The notes under the pieces: model-generated
The model's input: the letters and a program-made list of their open reading frames with translations, nothing else
Databases searched by the model: none
What the model was told of the DNA's origin: nothing
Program-made: the position numbers and the translations under genes
Assembly: GCA_963749915.1 (NCBI GenBank)
Contig: CAVVOP010000032.1
Location: 96,001 to 160,000 of the forward strand
Source: an uncultured cyanobacterium
GTDB taxonomy: Bacteria; Cyanobacteriota; Cyanobacteriia; Cyanobacteriales; Cyanobacteriaceae
DNA length: 64,000 nucleotides
Direction of reading: 5' to 3'
Shown here: positions 10,032 to 19,971 of the stretch, one piece after another
How positions within the stretch are numbered: position 1 is the stretch's first letter
Layout of the letters: the number at the start of each line of letters is the position of its first letter

Positions 10032-11408
10032 ATGACTGATGCTATTGCAATGTTAAAACCAGATACCTTTAAGGTTATGGAAGATGCTTACTTGGGAAGT
10101 TTATTACAACTTAGTGAAAATCAACCTCTCAATTTTAATGGTGATTTGGCTAATTTTGTTCGAGAAACTCGTCAACAAGGTGCGAATAAAGTTGTTAAAT
10201 TACATATTCCCACAGACAAAGATGAAGATTGGCGTTTTACTGATTTATCGGATTTACAAAAGCAAGACTGGCGTTTAGCCACTAAAAATGAGTTGAATTC
10301 TTCTGTGATGGAGGGATTTATTTTACAAGAAGCCTCTCATTCTTGTTTAGTTTTTGTTAACGGTTTTTATGCTCCTCATTTATCAGATATTTCGGCGTTA
10401 TCTGATGATAATATTTATGTGGGAAATTTAAGTAATTTAGATAGTAATAAAATCGCTAAAATTAGTGAATATTTAAGTAAAAATGAGCCTGAAAATGAAG
10501 TTTTTACTGCTTTAAATTCCGCGGGAATTACCGATGCTTTTGTGATTTGGGTAAAGGCTAACACGAAAATTACTACCCCTATTCATCTTCTGCACCTCAC
10601 CGCTAGAGGTAATTTTCCTAGTTTTACCCAACCTCGTATTTTGGTTGTAGCCGAGGCAAATTCTAACTTTAATTTTATCGAGTATTATGGTGCAATTGCT
10701 TCTGGATGTTCTGATTCGGCAAAACAACAATATTATTTGACCAATGTGGTCACAGAAATTCATCTCCAAGATAACGCCCAAGTTGGTCATACTCGCATTC
10801 AGCGTGAATCAGGAGATGGTTTTCATATCGCCAAAACTAATGTATTTCAAGCTCAAAATAGCCGTTACAACATCAATGAAGTGAGTTTAGGTGGTAAATT
10901 ATATCGTCATAATCTTCATATACAACAAGAAGGAGAACAAACAGAGACCTATCTTAACGGTTTAACTATGTTACAGGGTAAGCAAATAGGCGATACCCAT
11001 AGCGAAGTTAGTCTAAGTAAACCCCATGGCATTATTAACCAACTTCATAAATTCATTATTGACGATTCCGGGCGCGGTGTTTTTAACGGTAAAATTCACG
11101 TACCCAAATTAGCACAATTAACCAATGCAGTTCAACTCAATCGTAATTTATTATTGTCATCAAAGGCACGGATTAACACCAAACCAGAGTTACAAATCAC
11201 CGCCGATAATGTTAAATGTGCACATGGTGCAACAGTAAGCCAATTAGAAGCCGATGAGATTTTTTATCTGCGCAGTCGTGGGTTAAATGAATATGATGCC
11301 AGACATTTATTAATGGATGCTTTTGCCGCAGAAATTATCGATAAAATCCCTTTCAATTCCCTCAAACAAAGATTAACTCAATGTGTCGCTTGTCGCACTT
11401 TCGATTAG
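10032..11408 (+). CDS. sufD: Fe-S cluster assembly protein SufD
   Basis: DEDWRFTDL, KPELQITADNVKCAHGATV, FYLRSRG; follows sufC. Confidence 0.95.
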   Translation: MTDAIAMLKPDTFKVMEDAYLGSLLQLSENQPLNFNGDLANFVRETRQQGANKVVKLHIPTDKDEDWRFTDLSDLQKQDWRLATKNELNSSVMEGFILQEASHSCLVFVNGFYAPHLSDISALSDDNIYVGNLSNLDSNKIAKISEYLSKNEPENEVFTALNSAGITDAFVIWVKANTKITTPIHLLHLTARGNFPSFTQPRILVVAEANSNFNFIEYYGAIASGCSDSAKQQYYLTNVVTEIHLQDNAQVGHTRIQRESGDGFHIAKTNVFQAQNSRYNINEVSLGGKLYRHNLHIQQEGEQTETYLNGLTMLQGKQIGDTHSEVSLSKPHGIINQLHKFIIDDSGRGVFNGKIHVPKLAQLTNAVQLNRNLLLSSKARINTKPELQITADNVKCAHGATVSQLEADEIFYLRSRGLNEYDARHLLMDAFAAEIIDKIPFNSLKQRLTQCVACRTFD

Positions 11409-11623
11409 ATTGGATTAGTGGGGAAAAAAATCGCAAAAAGTCGCAAAAATTGGGGATTTAGGAGCATAATCAATGAAAAATCCCCATAATCGACAGAAGG
11501 AATAATATAAGGAATAATATAAGGAAATGTGTACATTTGCCCTGCCTTGTCCTCCTTACCTTATCCACCTCCGCCAGAATCTAATTGTAAAAAACCTACC
11601 CCTGTGAGGGACTTCTCCCTGCA

Positions 11624-12421
11624 TTAAATTATTTCCTCCTCTTCTTGCCAATCTTCTTCACTCCAATCAATGGCTTGAGGTTCATGTTCTCCATTATTAT
11701 TAGATGAATTATCTTCTTCTAACCATTCTTGCCAATCGTCACTCACTTCTAAACTAGGAGAATCATCTTCGCCGTCAGAATTTATCACCACTTCTTCTTT
11801 TGTGACTATTTCTTCTTTTTCTGGCATTTCATCCATAAAATCATCCCAGTTTTCTTCCTTATCTTCAATGTCTTCTTTATTTTCATCGGTGAAGATTTCT
11901 TCTTCTGACACCATTTCTAAATCTAATGATGTATCCTCAAAATTTTCTGATTTTGGACTTTGATTCTCGGATTCCGGTGTTTCGTTTTCTATGTCATCAA
12001 TCCAATTTTCCTCATCATCATCTCGTATCGTTTCTTCATATTCTTGATTTTCCTTATAGTTTAATCTATTTTGCGGGGAGGAATTTAATTCAAAATCAGT
12101 GAAATCATCCTCAGAATTTCCGGCAATTATTTGTAAAACTTTAACCAAAGTTTCTCTATTTTTCTCCCAAATTTCATACACATTTGCTACTTGTTTTTGA
12201 TGAAATTTTAGGACATTATTATTAGAAAGTAAACTTTGATCACTTATTTTAGTGGTTAATCCCTTTAATAAGTTAATTTCAGTCTCGATATTAGATATTT
12301 TATCTTTCCCTTTATAAGTACTAGTTAACGTAAGTTTTAAACTGTTACTTAAGGCAATAAAAAAAATCTGTTGTAACTTTTTTTTCTCTAATAATTCTTT
12401 AATATCTTCATTATTAACCAT
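11624..12421 (-). CDS. Hypothetical protein with a long acidic, Trp-punctuated C-terminal tail
   Basis: 265-aa ORF; N-terminal ~100 aa resemble the upstream 104-aa protein; tail is D/E-rich. Confidence 0.8.
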   Translation of the reverse strand: MVNNEDIKELLEKKKLQQIFFIALSNSLKLTLTSTYKGKDKISNIETEINLLKGLTTKISDQSLLSNNNVLKFHQKQVANVYEIWEKNRETLVKVLQIIAGNSEDDFTDFELNSSPQNRLNYKENQEYEETIRDDDEENWIDDIENETPESENQSPKSENFEDTSLDLEMVSEEEIFTDENKEDIEDKEENWDDFMDEMPEKEEIVTKEEVVINSDGEDDSPSLEVSDDWQEWLEEDNSSNNNGEHEPQAIDWSEEDWQEEEEII

Positions 12422-12484
12422 TATTTTTACTCCATAATTAAATATATATCTTAGACGTTTTAGAATTTTAAATAATTAAAATAT

Positions 12485-12799
12485 TTAACTAAATTCGTCT
12501 AAATTTTGTTGTAAAATATTAAATATTTTTTGTAAGCTTTGAGCATTTTGTAAAATTTTCTCGTGAGCTTTTTCTACTTCTTGAAAGTGTAAATTTTCAA
12601 TGTGAGGATCCCCTAGCTCGTGATCGATTTCATTCTGTAATAAGTCTATAAAAGTACGAGAAGACGTAGAAGGGGAGTTATCTTGATCACTAGTAGTGGT
12701 GACTATTTCTATTTTCATGGCCTCCGACATTGCGATCGCCATAGCTTCTTCGATTTCTCCGTTTCTAATTTTCGCTTTTACTTCTTCAATTTTGCTCAT
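12485..12799 (-). CDS. Hypothetical protein
   Basis: 104-aa ORF co-oriented in the psbP-maf run. Confidence 0.8.
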   Translation of the reverse strand: MSKIEEVKAKIRNGEIEEAMAIAMSEAMKIEIVTTTSDQDNSPSTSSRTFIDLLQNEIDHELGDPHIENLHFQEVEKAHEKILQNAQSLQKIFNILQQNLDEFS

Positions 12800-12859
12800 G
12801 ATTTAGATTACCTTAAATTTCTTCTTTCAATTAGCTTAACTCAAATTGTCTGTAACAAC

Positions 12860-13444
12860 TTACCAAAAATCTGTTACCCGAAAGCTTAAATTTGCTAACA
12901 TTATGCGTAATAACGGCAGGCTTAAGCCAATTACATTACTATGACAGCCGATAATTTTATCAATAAAAACTCCTCCTTTACCCTCTAAAGCAAAACTACC
13001 AGCGCATTTCAATGGTTCTTCTGTGGCTACATAAGCTTTAATAACAGAATCATCAATATCAGCAAAATATACCTCTGTGATGCCACACTGAATCGTTTTT
13101 TCTTGGGTGTCAGTGTTAATTAAAGCATGGCCTGTATATAATTTGCCTATTTTTCCCCTCATTTTTTGCCAACGTGCGATGGCAATTTCGGCATTGTCAG
13201 GCTTACCATAAATTTCCCCCTCCATTTGTAACACAGAATCGCAACCTAAAACTAAGGCAGAAGGGAAAAAACTAGCGACGGTTTTAGCTTTTTTCCATGC
13301 CAAAGTATTGACTAAATCTGTGACGTCGGTTAAATTAAGTTGAGATTCGTCGTAATTGCTACTATGAACAATGGGTTCAATGCCAATCATTTTCAGCAGT
13401 TTTAAACGGGCGGGAGAAGCAGAAGCAAGAACAAATTTAGGCAT
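12860..13444 (-). CDS. maf: Maf family nucleoside triphosphate pyrophosphatase
   Basis: [25 protein letters not shown]. Confidence 0.95.
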   Translation of the reverse strand: MPKFVLASASPARLKLLKMIGIEPIVHSSNYDESQLNLTDVTDLVNTLAWKKAKTVASFFPSALVLGCDSVLQMEGEIYGKPDNAEIAIARWQKMRGKIGKLYTGHALINTDTQEKTIQCGITEVYFADIDDSVIKAYVATEEPLKCAGSFALEGKGGVFIDKIIGCHSNVIGLSLPLLRIMLANLSFRVTDFW

Positions 13445-13560
13445 AAAATCAGTTGGTAAGCAATTTTTTTGTTTTGGATCAGGTAAGGAAGGTTAATGAT
13501 TATAGAGGTTTTCTCTGGCAAAGGCACAAACAAGAATCTCAAAGGAAATTTAAGTGTTGT

Positions 13561-14112
13561 TTAAGAGAGGCTAAAAGATTTAGCTACGGTTTTAAACAAG
13601 TCCTCTACATTTTGCCAACGAGATTCTGTGGTAGAGATGTTAAAAGTGTACAATTTACCGTTTTTAGTGGCAACACTGGCTAAGTTATGACGATATTGAT
13701 TATTGGATAATTTGACTTTATATTCTAGTAAATAATAATCTTGAAGATTTTGTTCTCTTTTTTCGGCAGAGATTAATTCGGCTTCCCTTTCATTGCTAGT
13801 ATTTTGATTAACCATTTGCATAAAGCGATAACCGACCTCTGCGGGGGTACCTAAATCTGCTAAATTTTTTTTTCGATCAACTTCACTGACAATAACACTT
13901 AAATTTTCACTAGGTTCAAGAAAATCTTTATAAACCACATCCACCCCTTCACTTGCATTTTTTACATCCACCGACATCCAACCATTAGGATATAAAAATT
14001 GATAAGCTTCCGTAGGATCAACGTATCCTTGTAAACCACTAAGTGCAGATGAACAAGAAGTCAAAGTAATGGTAAAAAGAATAAGTATCACCGAGATCAA
14101 AGATTTTAACAT
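13561..14112 (-). CDS. psbP: Photosystem II PsbP-like lipoprotein (CyanoP)
   Basis: Lipobox LTSC, YQFLYPNGW, ENLSV, LYTFNIST..RW. Confidence 0.92.
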   Translation of the reverse strand: MLKSLISVILILFTITLTSCSSALSGLQGYVDPTEAYQFLYPNGWMSVDVKNASEGVDVVYKDFLEPSENLSVIVSEVDRKKNLADLGTPAEVGYRFMQMVNQNTSNEREAELISAEKREQNLQDYYLLEYKVKLSNNQYRHNLASVATKNGKLYTFNISTTESRWQNVEDLFKTVAKSFSLS

Positions 14113-14465
14113 AATAAATAGTTTAAAAGTAGTTTACCGACTCATTATCTCATGAACTGAGATTTTGTACTCTTTCCCACACACTTTTAAAATTTAGCCC
14201 TTATCATTAAGACAATTTGATAAAGACAACAATTACCCCCCTTTGCGTCTTTGCAAGAGATATGGTAATTCTTTGATTAAGCATCAATACACAAGGAATA
14301 AAAAATAAAATTTTGACTGATAAATAAATAAAGCAAACAATTAAATTAAATTATGAACAGTTAACAATTAACTTTTATTTATAATCTTACTTATGGTATC
14401 TTGTTTGTATCTTTCACTTTTGATAATATCCTATAATCACTTATTTAAAATTAACTAATAAATTA

Positions 14466-17400
14466 ATGAACAATAAATACTCTCTCATTATTAGTAATGG
14501 TTTAAGAAAGAAAATAAACTTACTTAATTCTTCAAATCAAGAGATAATTTTAACAAATTTAGAAAGCATTATTCATCATCATTTATTAACTTCAGAAGTC
14601 AAAAAAAGAGAACAAGGCAAGGTTATTTATCGCCTTAACTATAACTATAAATTAGAGATATTTATTACCAATATTCCTGTAAATAAAGAAAATAGAGTTA
14701 AAATTTTAAATATTTTTGATAAAAATAAGCTTAAAAGAGTCATTGTATTTAAGGAAGGGATTTCAGCAAAAGTAGTTGACATTGATATTAATATTAATCG
14801 GGAAGATAACTCTATTAGTAGCCAAATTATTAATAACTTTAAAAGCAAAGAAAATTTAAAAATACAAAGCGAAGACTTTGAAAGTAACTTTAATGATTTC
14901 TTTTATTATACTTTACAAGATTTAAAAATATCCCATATCAACGACCATAAATGTCTCATCTCCTTAGAAGAAATTAATAATATTAAACAACCTTTACCGT
15001 TACTTTTACAGGGATTTAACAACACAGGAAAAACAACGGTATCTTTGATAAAGGCTATTCAAACAAGTAAAAGAAATCAGGAAGAAAAAATTCTTTATCT
15101 TAGCGATAGTTTAAGCAATAAACATCACACAAAATATCTGTTTCAAGAATTATCGAAAGGAGAAAAAGTTGATAACTTAATTATAGATGAATACATCAGT
15201 TTTTGTTGTAAATTTGCTCAAGATAACCATATTTTACCAAGCAATAGTTTTCTTAGAAGCCAAGAAATTAACTATGACAAATTTAAGCACAAGTTTTTAA
15301 ATAATCAAGAAATAGAAGAGCTAGAATCATGGTATCTTTGGCAAGAAATCTATTATTTAATTAAAGGAAATAGTATTTGTCCCAAGAATGATTATAACTT
15401 AATTTCGGTAGAAGATTATCAACAACAAACTCAAAAATACAGTTTTTTACCTCAAGATGTTAACCCGAAGCAAATTTATCAATTAGCTGTTCAATATCAA
15501 CAATGGTTAACTAAGAATAACTATTGGGATGAGATCGATTTAAGCAATTATATTTTACAACATCTTTCTGAACCTTTTATCGGTATTTATTCTCAAGTTT
15601 ACTGCGATAACGTTCATAAATTAAATGATATAGCTTTAAAATTAATTATAACTCTGACGAAAAAAGATCCCGATAAAAATTTAGCTCCTAACTTTTGTTT
15701 TACCTATGATAGTGAAAAATCTATTTATGACTCAGAAACTTTTATCAATAAAATTGAAAAATTTGTTTCCCCCCAAGAAAATGAGCTGACGATTAACCAG
15801 GGAAAATTAACCTTTAACTTGATTGCCAATGAAGACTTAATCAATTTTAGTCAAGGATTATTAAATTTAGAGTCAACGAAAAAATCTCCCAGCAAGGATA
15901 TTCTCAAAAATAACCGTATTCTCCAAGAAAATAGTAATTGTTTATGGATTATTGCCCCAGAATCGAAACTATTGAGTTTGGGAAAAAACTTTGCCTTGGA
16001 TAAATGTATCGTAGTTACTAACAATCAAGAAAAAGAAAAATTACTTACTATTTTTAAAACCAGTCAAGAGGTTTCTTGCAGTCGGATTCTCACTATTAAT
16101 GAAATAGACGGTTTAAAATTCGACGAAATTATCCTTTGGAACTTTTTTAGCTACTTTAACAAAATTAAATACAATAGTTTGACAACAGATTTATTGAAAA
16201 AATATTTATACCTTTGTTTGGGGTGTGTGAAAGAGAAAATTTACTGTTATGAAAGTAATTTTAACCTTGGGGACAACTATCCTAATTTAGAAGGTTACTT
16301 GACTAAAGGGAATACTGAAAATTTAGAAGACTTTTTTACCATTTCCCTTGAGGATAATGTTGAAAATATTGCTCAAGTTTATCATCATCAAGGTGCATGG
16401 AAACAGGCTTATGAATGTTATTGGCAGATAAAAAAGTATAAAAATGCAAAACTGATTCAACCTTATATCGCCGAAAATGAAGGTAACTGGGGAAAAGCGG
16501 GAGATTTGTGGAATATTTTAGGAAAATGGCAACAAGCCGTTAACTGTTGGCAGGAAATTGATGAAAATTTATGGTTAAAAAAATGGGAAAACTTAACACC
16601 TTTACAGTGGCAGGAAAAAGGCAGATATTTTCAAAAAAATCATCATTATAATTTGGCTATTATTTGTTTTGAAAAAGCCAATGATAGTGAAAATTATTTA
16701 CGGTGTTTAAAACTTAGTCAACAATGGGAAAAAACAGGAGATGAATATAAAAAACAAGGTAATGAAGAAGAAGCGAAAAAATGTTATTTAACAGCAGAAA
16801 AAGTTTATCGTCAAAGGAGTGATTTATCCCGCTGTGCTTTGATGTGGGAAAAACAAGAAGCATGGGAAAAAACTGCCTTAATTAGAGAGGAGGAAAATCA
16901 ATGGGAAAAAGCCGCCTTACAGTGGGAAAAAATTGAAAAATGGGAAAAAGCCGCTATTTGTTACCAAAAAAATTCTCAGTGGGAAAAAGCCGAAATTTGT
17001 TGGCGAAAATTAAAGGATTGGCACAAAATAGCCTTATGTTGTGAAGCACAAGAAAAATGGCAAGAATCAGCAAAGATTTGGGAAAAATTACAACAATGGC
17101 AAAAAGCGGCGGAAAACTACCTAAAAATTCCGCAACTTCGCCAAGCCGCGGAAAGTTATCAACGGGGAATGTATTGGCAAGAAGCAGAAAACTGTTGGCG
17201 CAAACTTAACCATCAACCGAATATCGCTTTGTGTTGCGAGTCTCAACATAAATGGCAGTCTGCCGCACAAATTTGGCAACAATTAGAAAATTGGCAAAAG
17301 GCAGGTTACGCATGGGAAATGGTAAAAGACCCCAAAAAAGCAGGTTTATGTTATGAAAAAGCCCAACTTTGGTCAAACGCTGAGACTTGTTGGCTAAAAT

Positions 17401-19763
17401 TAAGAAATTGGGGAAAACTTGCCCTTATTTATCAGAAACAAGGAGAATGGCAAAAAGCCGCCGAGGCATGGTTACAAATTGGTGAAAAAAAATCCGCCGC
17501 TAAATGTTACTCTCAGGGAAAGTTATGGAATTTAGCCGAAAATTTATGGCGGGAATTGGAAAATTGGCAAGAAGTCGCTTTTTGTTGTTATCACCAGAAG
17601 GATTATCAATCTGCCGCTAATCTCTGGCAAAAATTACAACGGTTTTCCGAAGCCGGAAAGGCATGGCAACAATTAGAAGAATATTCTCAAGCGGCTTGGT
17701 GTTATGAAAAAGTCAAGGCATGGAAAGAAGCAGAATTTTGTTGGCGTCAACTCGAGGACTGGGAAAAAGTAGCCACAGTTTGTCAAAAACAACATCATTG
17801 GCAAAAGTCAGCGGATATTTGGTTACAGTTAGGGGAGTTATCTCAGGCTTCCCTTGATTATGAGTTGGCTAAAAATTGGCCAAAAGCTGAAGACTGTTGG
17901 CGACAACTGCAACAATGGGTTAACGTAGCGGTGATGTGTGAAAGACAGGAAAAATGGTTAGAAGCGGCACAAACATGGCAAAAAGTTAAACCAGAGGAAA
18001 AAGCCGCCTTTTGTTATGAAAAAGTAGAGGCATGGCAATCAGCAGAAGAATGTTGGCGTAAACTAGAAAATTGGCAAAAAGTCGCTATTCTTTGCGAAAA
18101 ACAAGAAAAATGGCAAGATTCCGCTACTATCTGGCAACAATTAGCAAAATGGAAAAAAGCCGCTACCTCGTGGGAAAAAATTAATCACCTAGACTCGGCG
18201 GGTATTTGTTATGAAAATGCAGAAAATTGGCAAAAGGCCGAAGAGTGTTGGCTTAAACTTGAAAATTGGCCGAAATTAGCAGAAATTTACGAAAAACAAC
18301 ATAAGTGGCAATCTGCCTCCGAGTTATGGGAAAAACAACAGGGGTGGGAAAAAGCCGCTGCTTCTTGGTTAAAAATAGAGGAAATCGAAAAAGCCGGTAA
18401 TTGTTACGAAAAAGGAGAAAATTGGCCAAAAGCAGAAGAATGTTGGCGTCAACTGCAAAATTGGCAAAAAGTCGCCATAGTTTGTGAAAAACAACAGGCA
18501 TGGGAAAAAGCCGCCACTTCTTGGTTAAACATAGAGGAAACCGAAAAAGCTGGTAATTGTTACGAAAAAGAAGAAAATTGGCCAAAAGCAGAAGAATGTT
18601 GGCTTAAACTTGAAAATTGGCCAAAAGTGGCCATCACTTGTGAAAAACAACAGAAGTGGGAAAAAGCCGCTACTTCTTGGCTAAAAATAGGGGAAATCGA
18701 AAAAGCAGGTAATTGTTATGAAAAAGGAGAAAATTGGCCAAAAGTCGAAGAATGTTGGCGTCAACTGCAAAATTGGCAAAAAGTCGCCATCACTTGTGAA
18801 AAACAACGGGCATGGGAAAAGGCCGCCGAGGCATGGTTGGCAGTGGATAACATGGAAAATGCCGCTAGATGTTATGCAGTTATGGAAAACTGGGGAAAAG
18901 CAGAATCTTGTTGGTTAGTTATCGGTAATTGGGAAAAAGCCGCTGTGATGGCTGAAAAACAATCCAAGTGGGAAACCGCCGCCGATATTTGGCAAACACA
19001 ACAACAGTGGGGAAAAGCTGCCTCTGCATGGTTACAAATTTCTCAATTAGCCAAGGCCGCTGTTTGCTATCAACAAGGAGAATTTTGGGATTTAGCACAA
19101 AACCTCTGGCGTCAACTCGAAGACTGGGAAAAAGTCGCCTTCACCTGTGAAAAACAAAACCAGTGGGATCAAGCCGCTTTTGCCTACATTCTTGCCAATA
19201 ACTATAAATTAGGGGCAGAAATTTATGAAAAGATTCAACAATACTCTGAAGCCGAAAACTGTTGGCGACAACTAGAGAATTGGCAACAAGTCGCTCTGGT
19301 TTGTGAAAAACAATCTAAATGGCAATGTGCAGGAGAAGCATGGGAACTGATTTCTGAGTGGGAAAAAGCCGCTTTAGCCTATCAAAATGCCCAATTATGG
19401 CAGAAAAACGCTGATTGTTGGCAAAATTTATCTCGGTACGATATGGTAGCGATGGCCTATCAACAACAAAAACAATGGCAAAAAGCAGCAGAAACATGGT
19501 TACAAAGCGATGTTGAAGACAAAATTATCAAAGCCGCCCTTTGTTATGAACAAGGACGATACTGGCAATTAGCGGAAGAATGTTGGCGTCAAATAACTCA
19601 ATGGGAAAAAGTCGCCTATACTTGTGAACAACAGGGAGAAGGGAAATGGGATTTAGCTGTAGAAGCGTGGAACTTGGCAGGAAATAAACTCAAAGCCGCC
19701 AATTTACTCAGAAAAATGGGCAAATGGAAACAGGCAGCCTTAATGTTAGCTAATCGAATTTAA
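14466..19763 (+). CDS. 1765-aa protein: RelE-like N-terminus, degenerate UvrD/SF1 helicase-like region, long Trp/Cys-rich TPR-like repeat array
   Basis: GFNNTGKTT Walker A; VYCDNVHKL at the Walker B position; DGLKFDEIILWNFF and LYLCLGCVKEK at C-terminal SF1 motif positions; 13-aa WxKAxxCW/Y repeats over ~1100 aa. Confidence 0.8.
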   Translation: MNNKYSLIISNGLRKKINLLNSSNQEIILTNLESIIHHHLLTSEVKKREQGKVIYRLNYNYKLEIFITNIPVNKENRVKILNIFDKNKLKRVIVFKEGISAKVVDIDININREDNSISSQIINNFKSKENLKIQSEDFESNFNDFFYYTLQDLKISHINDHKCLISLEEINNIKQPLPLLLQGFNNTGKTTVSLIKAIQTSKRNQEEKILYLSDSLSNKHHTKYLFQELSKGEKVDNLIIDEYISFCCKFAQDNHILPSNSFLRSQEINYDKFKHKFLNNQEIEELESWYLWQEIYYLIKGNSICPKNDYNLISVEDYQQQTQKYSFLPQDVNPKQIYQLAVQYQQWLTKNNYWDEIDLSNYILQHLSEPFIGIYSQVYCDNVHKLNDIALKLIITLTKKDPDKNLAPNFCFTYDSEKSIYDSETFINKIEKFVSPQENELTINQGKLTFNLIANEDLINFSQGLLNLESTKKSPSKDILKNNRILQENSNCLWIIAPESKLLSLGKNFALDKCIVVTNNQEKEKLLTIFKTSQEVSCSRILTINEIDGLKFDEIILWNFFSYFNKIKYNSLTTDLLKKYLYLCLGCVKEKIYCYESNFNLGDNYPNLEGYLTKGNTENLEDFFTISLEDNVENIAQVYHHQGAWKQAYECYWQIKKYKNAKLIQPYIAENEGNWGKAGDLWNILGKWQQAVNCWQEIDENLWLKKWENLTPLQWQEKGRYFQKNHHYNLAIICFEKANDSENYLRCLKLSQQWEKTGDEYKKQGNEEEAKKCYLTAEKVYRQRSDLSRCALMWEKQEAWEKTALIREEENQWEKAALQWEKIEKWEKAAICYQKNSQWEKAEICWRKLKDWHKIALCCEAQEKWQESAKIWEKLQQWQKAAENYLKIPQLRQAAESYQRGMYWQEAENCWRKLNHQPNIALCCESQHKWQSAAQIWQQLENWQKAGYAWEMVKDPKKAGLCYEKAQLWSNAETCWLKLRNWGKLALIYQKQGEWQKAAEAWLQIGEKKSAAKCYSQGKLWNLAENLWRELENWQEVAFCCYHQKDYQSAANLWQKLQRFSEAGKAWQQLEEYSQAAWCYEKVKAWKEAEFCWRQLEDWEKVATVCQKQHHWQKSADIWLQLGELSQASLDYELAKNWPKAEDCWRQLQQWVNVAVMCERQEKWLEAAQTWQKVKPEEKAAFCYEKVEAWQSAEECWRKLENWQKVAILCEKQEKWQDSATIWQQLAKWKKAATSWEKINHLDSAGICYENAENWQKAEECWLKLENWPKLAEIYEKQHKWQSASELWEKQQGWEKAAASWLKIEEIEKAGNCYEKGENWPKAEECWRQLQNWQKVAIVCEKQQAWEKAATSWLNIEETEKAGNCYEKEENWPKAEECWLKLENWPKVAITCEKQQKWEKAATSWLKIGEIEKAGNCYEKGENWPKVEECWRQLQNWQKVAITCEKQRAWEKAAEAWLAVDNMENAARCYAVMENWGKAESCWLVIGNWEKAAVMAEKQSKWETAADIWQTQQQWGKAASAWLQISQLAKAAVCYQQGEFWDLAQNLWRQLEDWEKVAFTCEKQNQWDQAAFAYILANNYKLGAEIYEKIQQYSEAENCWRQLENWQQVALVCEKQSKWQCAGEAWELISEWEKAALAYQNAQLWQKNADCWQNLSRYDMVAMAYQQQKQWQKAAETWLQSDVEDKIIKAALCYEQGRYWQLAEECWRQITQWEKVAYTCEQQGEGKWDLAVEAWNLAGNKLKAANLLRKMGKWKQAALMLANRI
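18346..18830 (+). repeat. Recent 156-bp (52-aa) intragenic tandem repeat, three copies plus a partial one
   Basis: GGGAAAA(A/G)GCCGC recurs at about 18346, 18502, 18658 and 18814 with near-identical intervening DNA. Confidence 0.9.
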
Positions 19764-19857
19764 TCTCAGAAATGAGTATGGGTTTACCTTGACTTTCGTC
19801 AGGGATTCTTGGCAACAGGATTCTTTTTTTTGTTATAATCTGAAATGCTTGTTATCT

Positions 19858-19942
19858 GGAGAGGTGGCAGAGTGGTCGATCGCGCTCGACTTGAAATCGA
19901 GTGACTAGGAATAGTCCGTGGGTTCAAATCCCACCCTCTCCG
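19858..19942 (+). tRNA. trnS: tRNA-Ser(TGA)
   Basis: GGAGAGG/CCTCTCC acceptor stem, anticodon arm CTCGA-CTTGAAA-TCGAG, long variable arm, GGTTCAAATCC T arm; CCA not encoded. Confidence 0.97.
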
Positions 19943-19971
19943 TACTCTAATGAAGACTCAAGAAAATCTTT

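Noticed and set aside
11497..11525. 12-bp tandem repeat AAGGAATAATAT downstream of sufD
   Set aside because: About 2.5 copies of AT-rich sequence; simple slippage is sufficient
16300..19763. Repeat array as a CRISPR array or DGR target
   Set aside because: Repeats are in-frame coding units without spacers; no cas or reverse transcriptase gene in the window
19858..19942. tRNA-Ser as an integration site for the giant TPR gene
   Set aside because: The gene lies on the tRNA 5' side; no integrase or duplicated tRNA 3' end was seen
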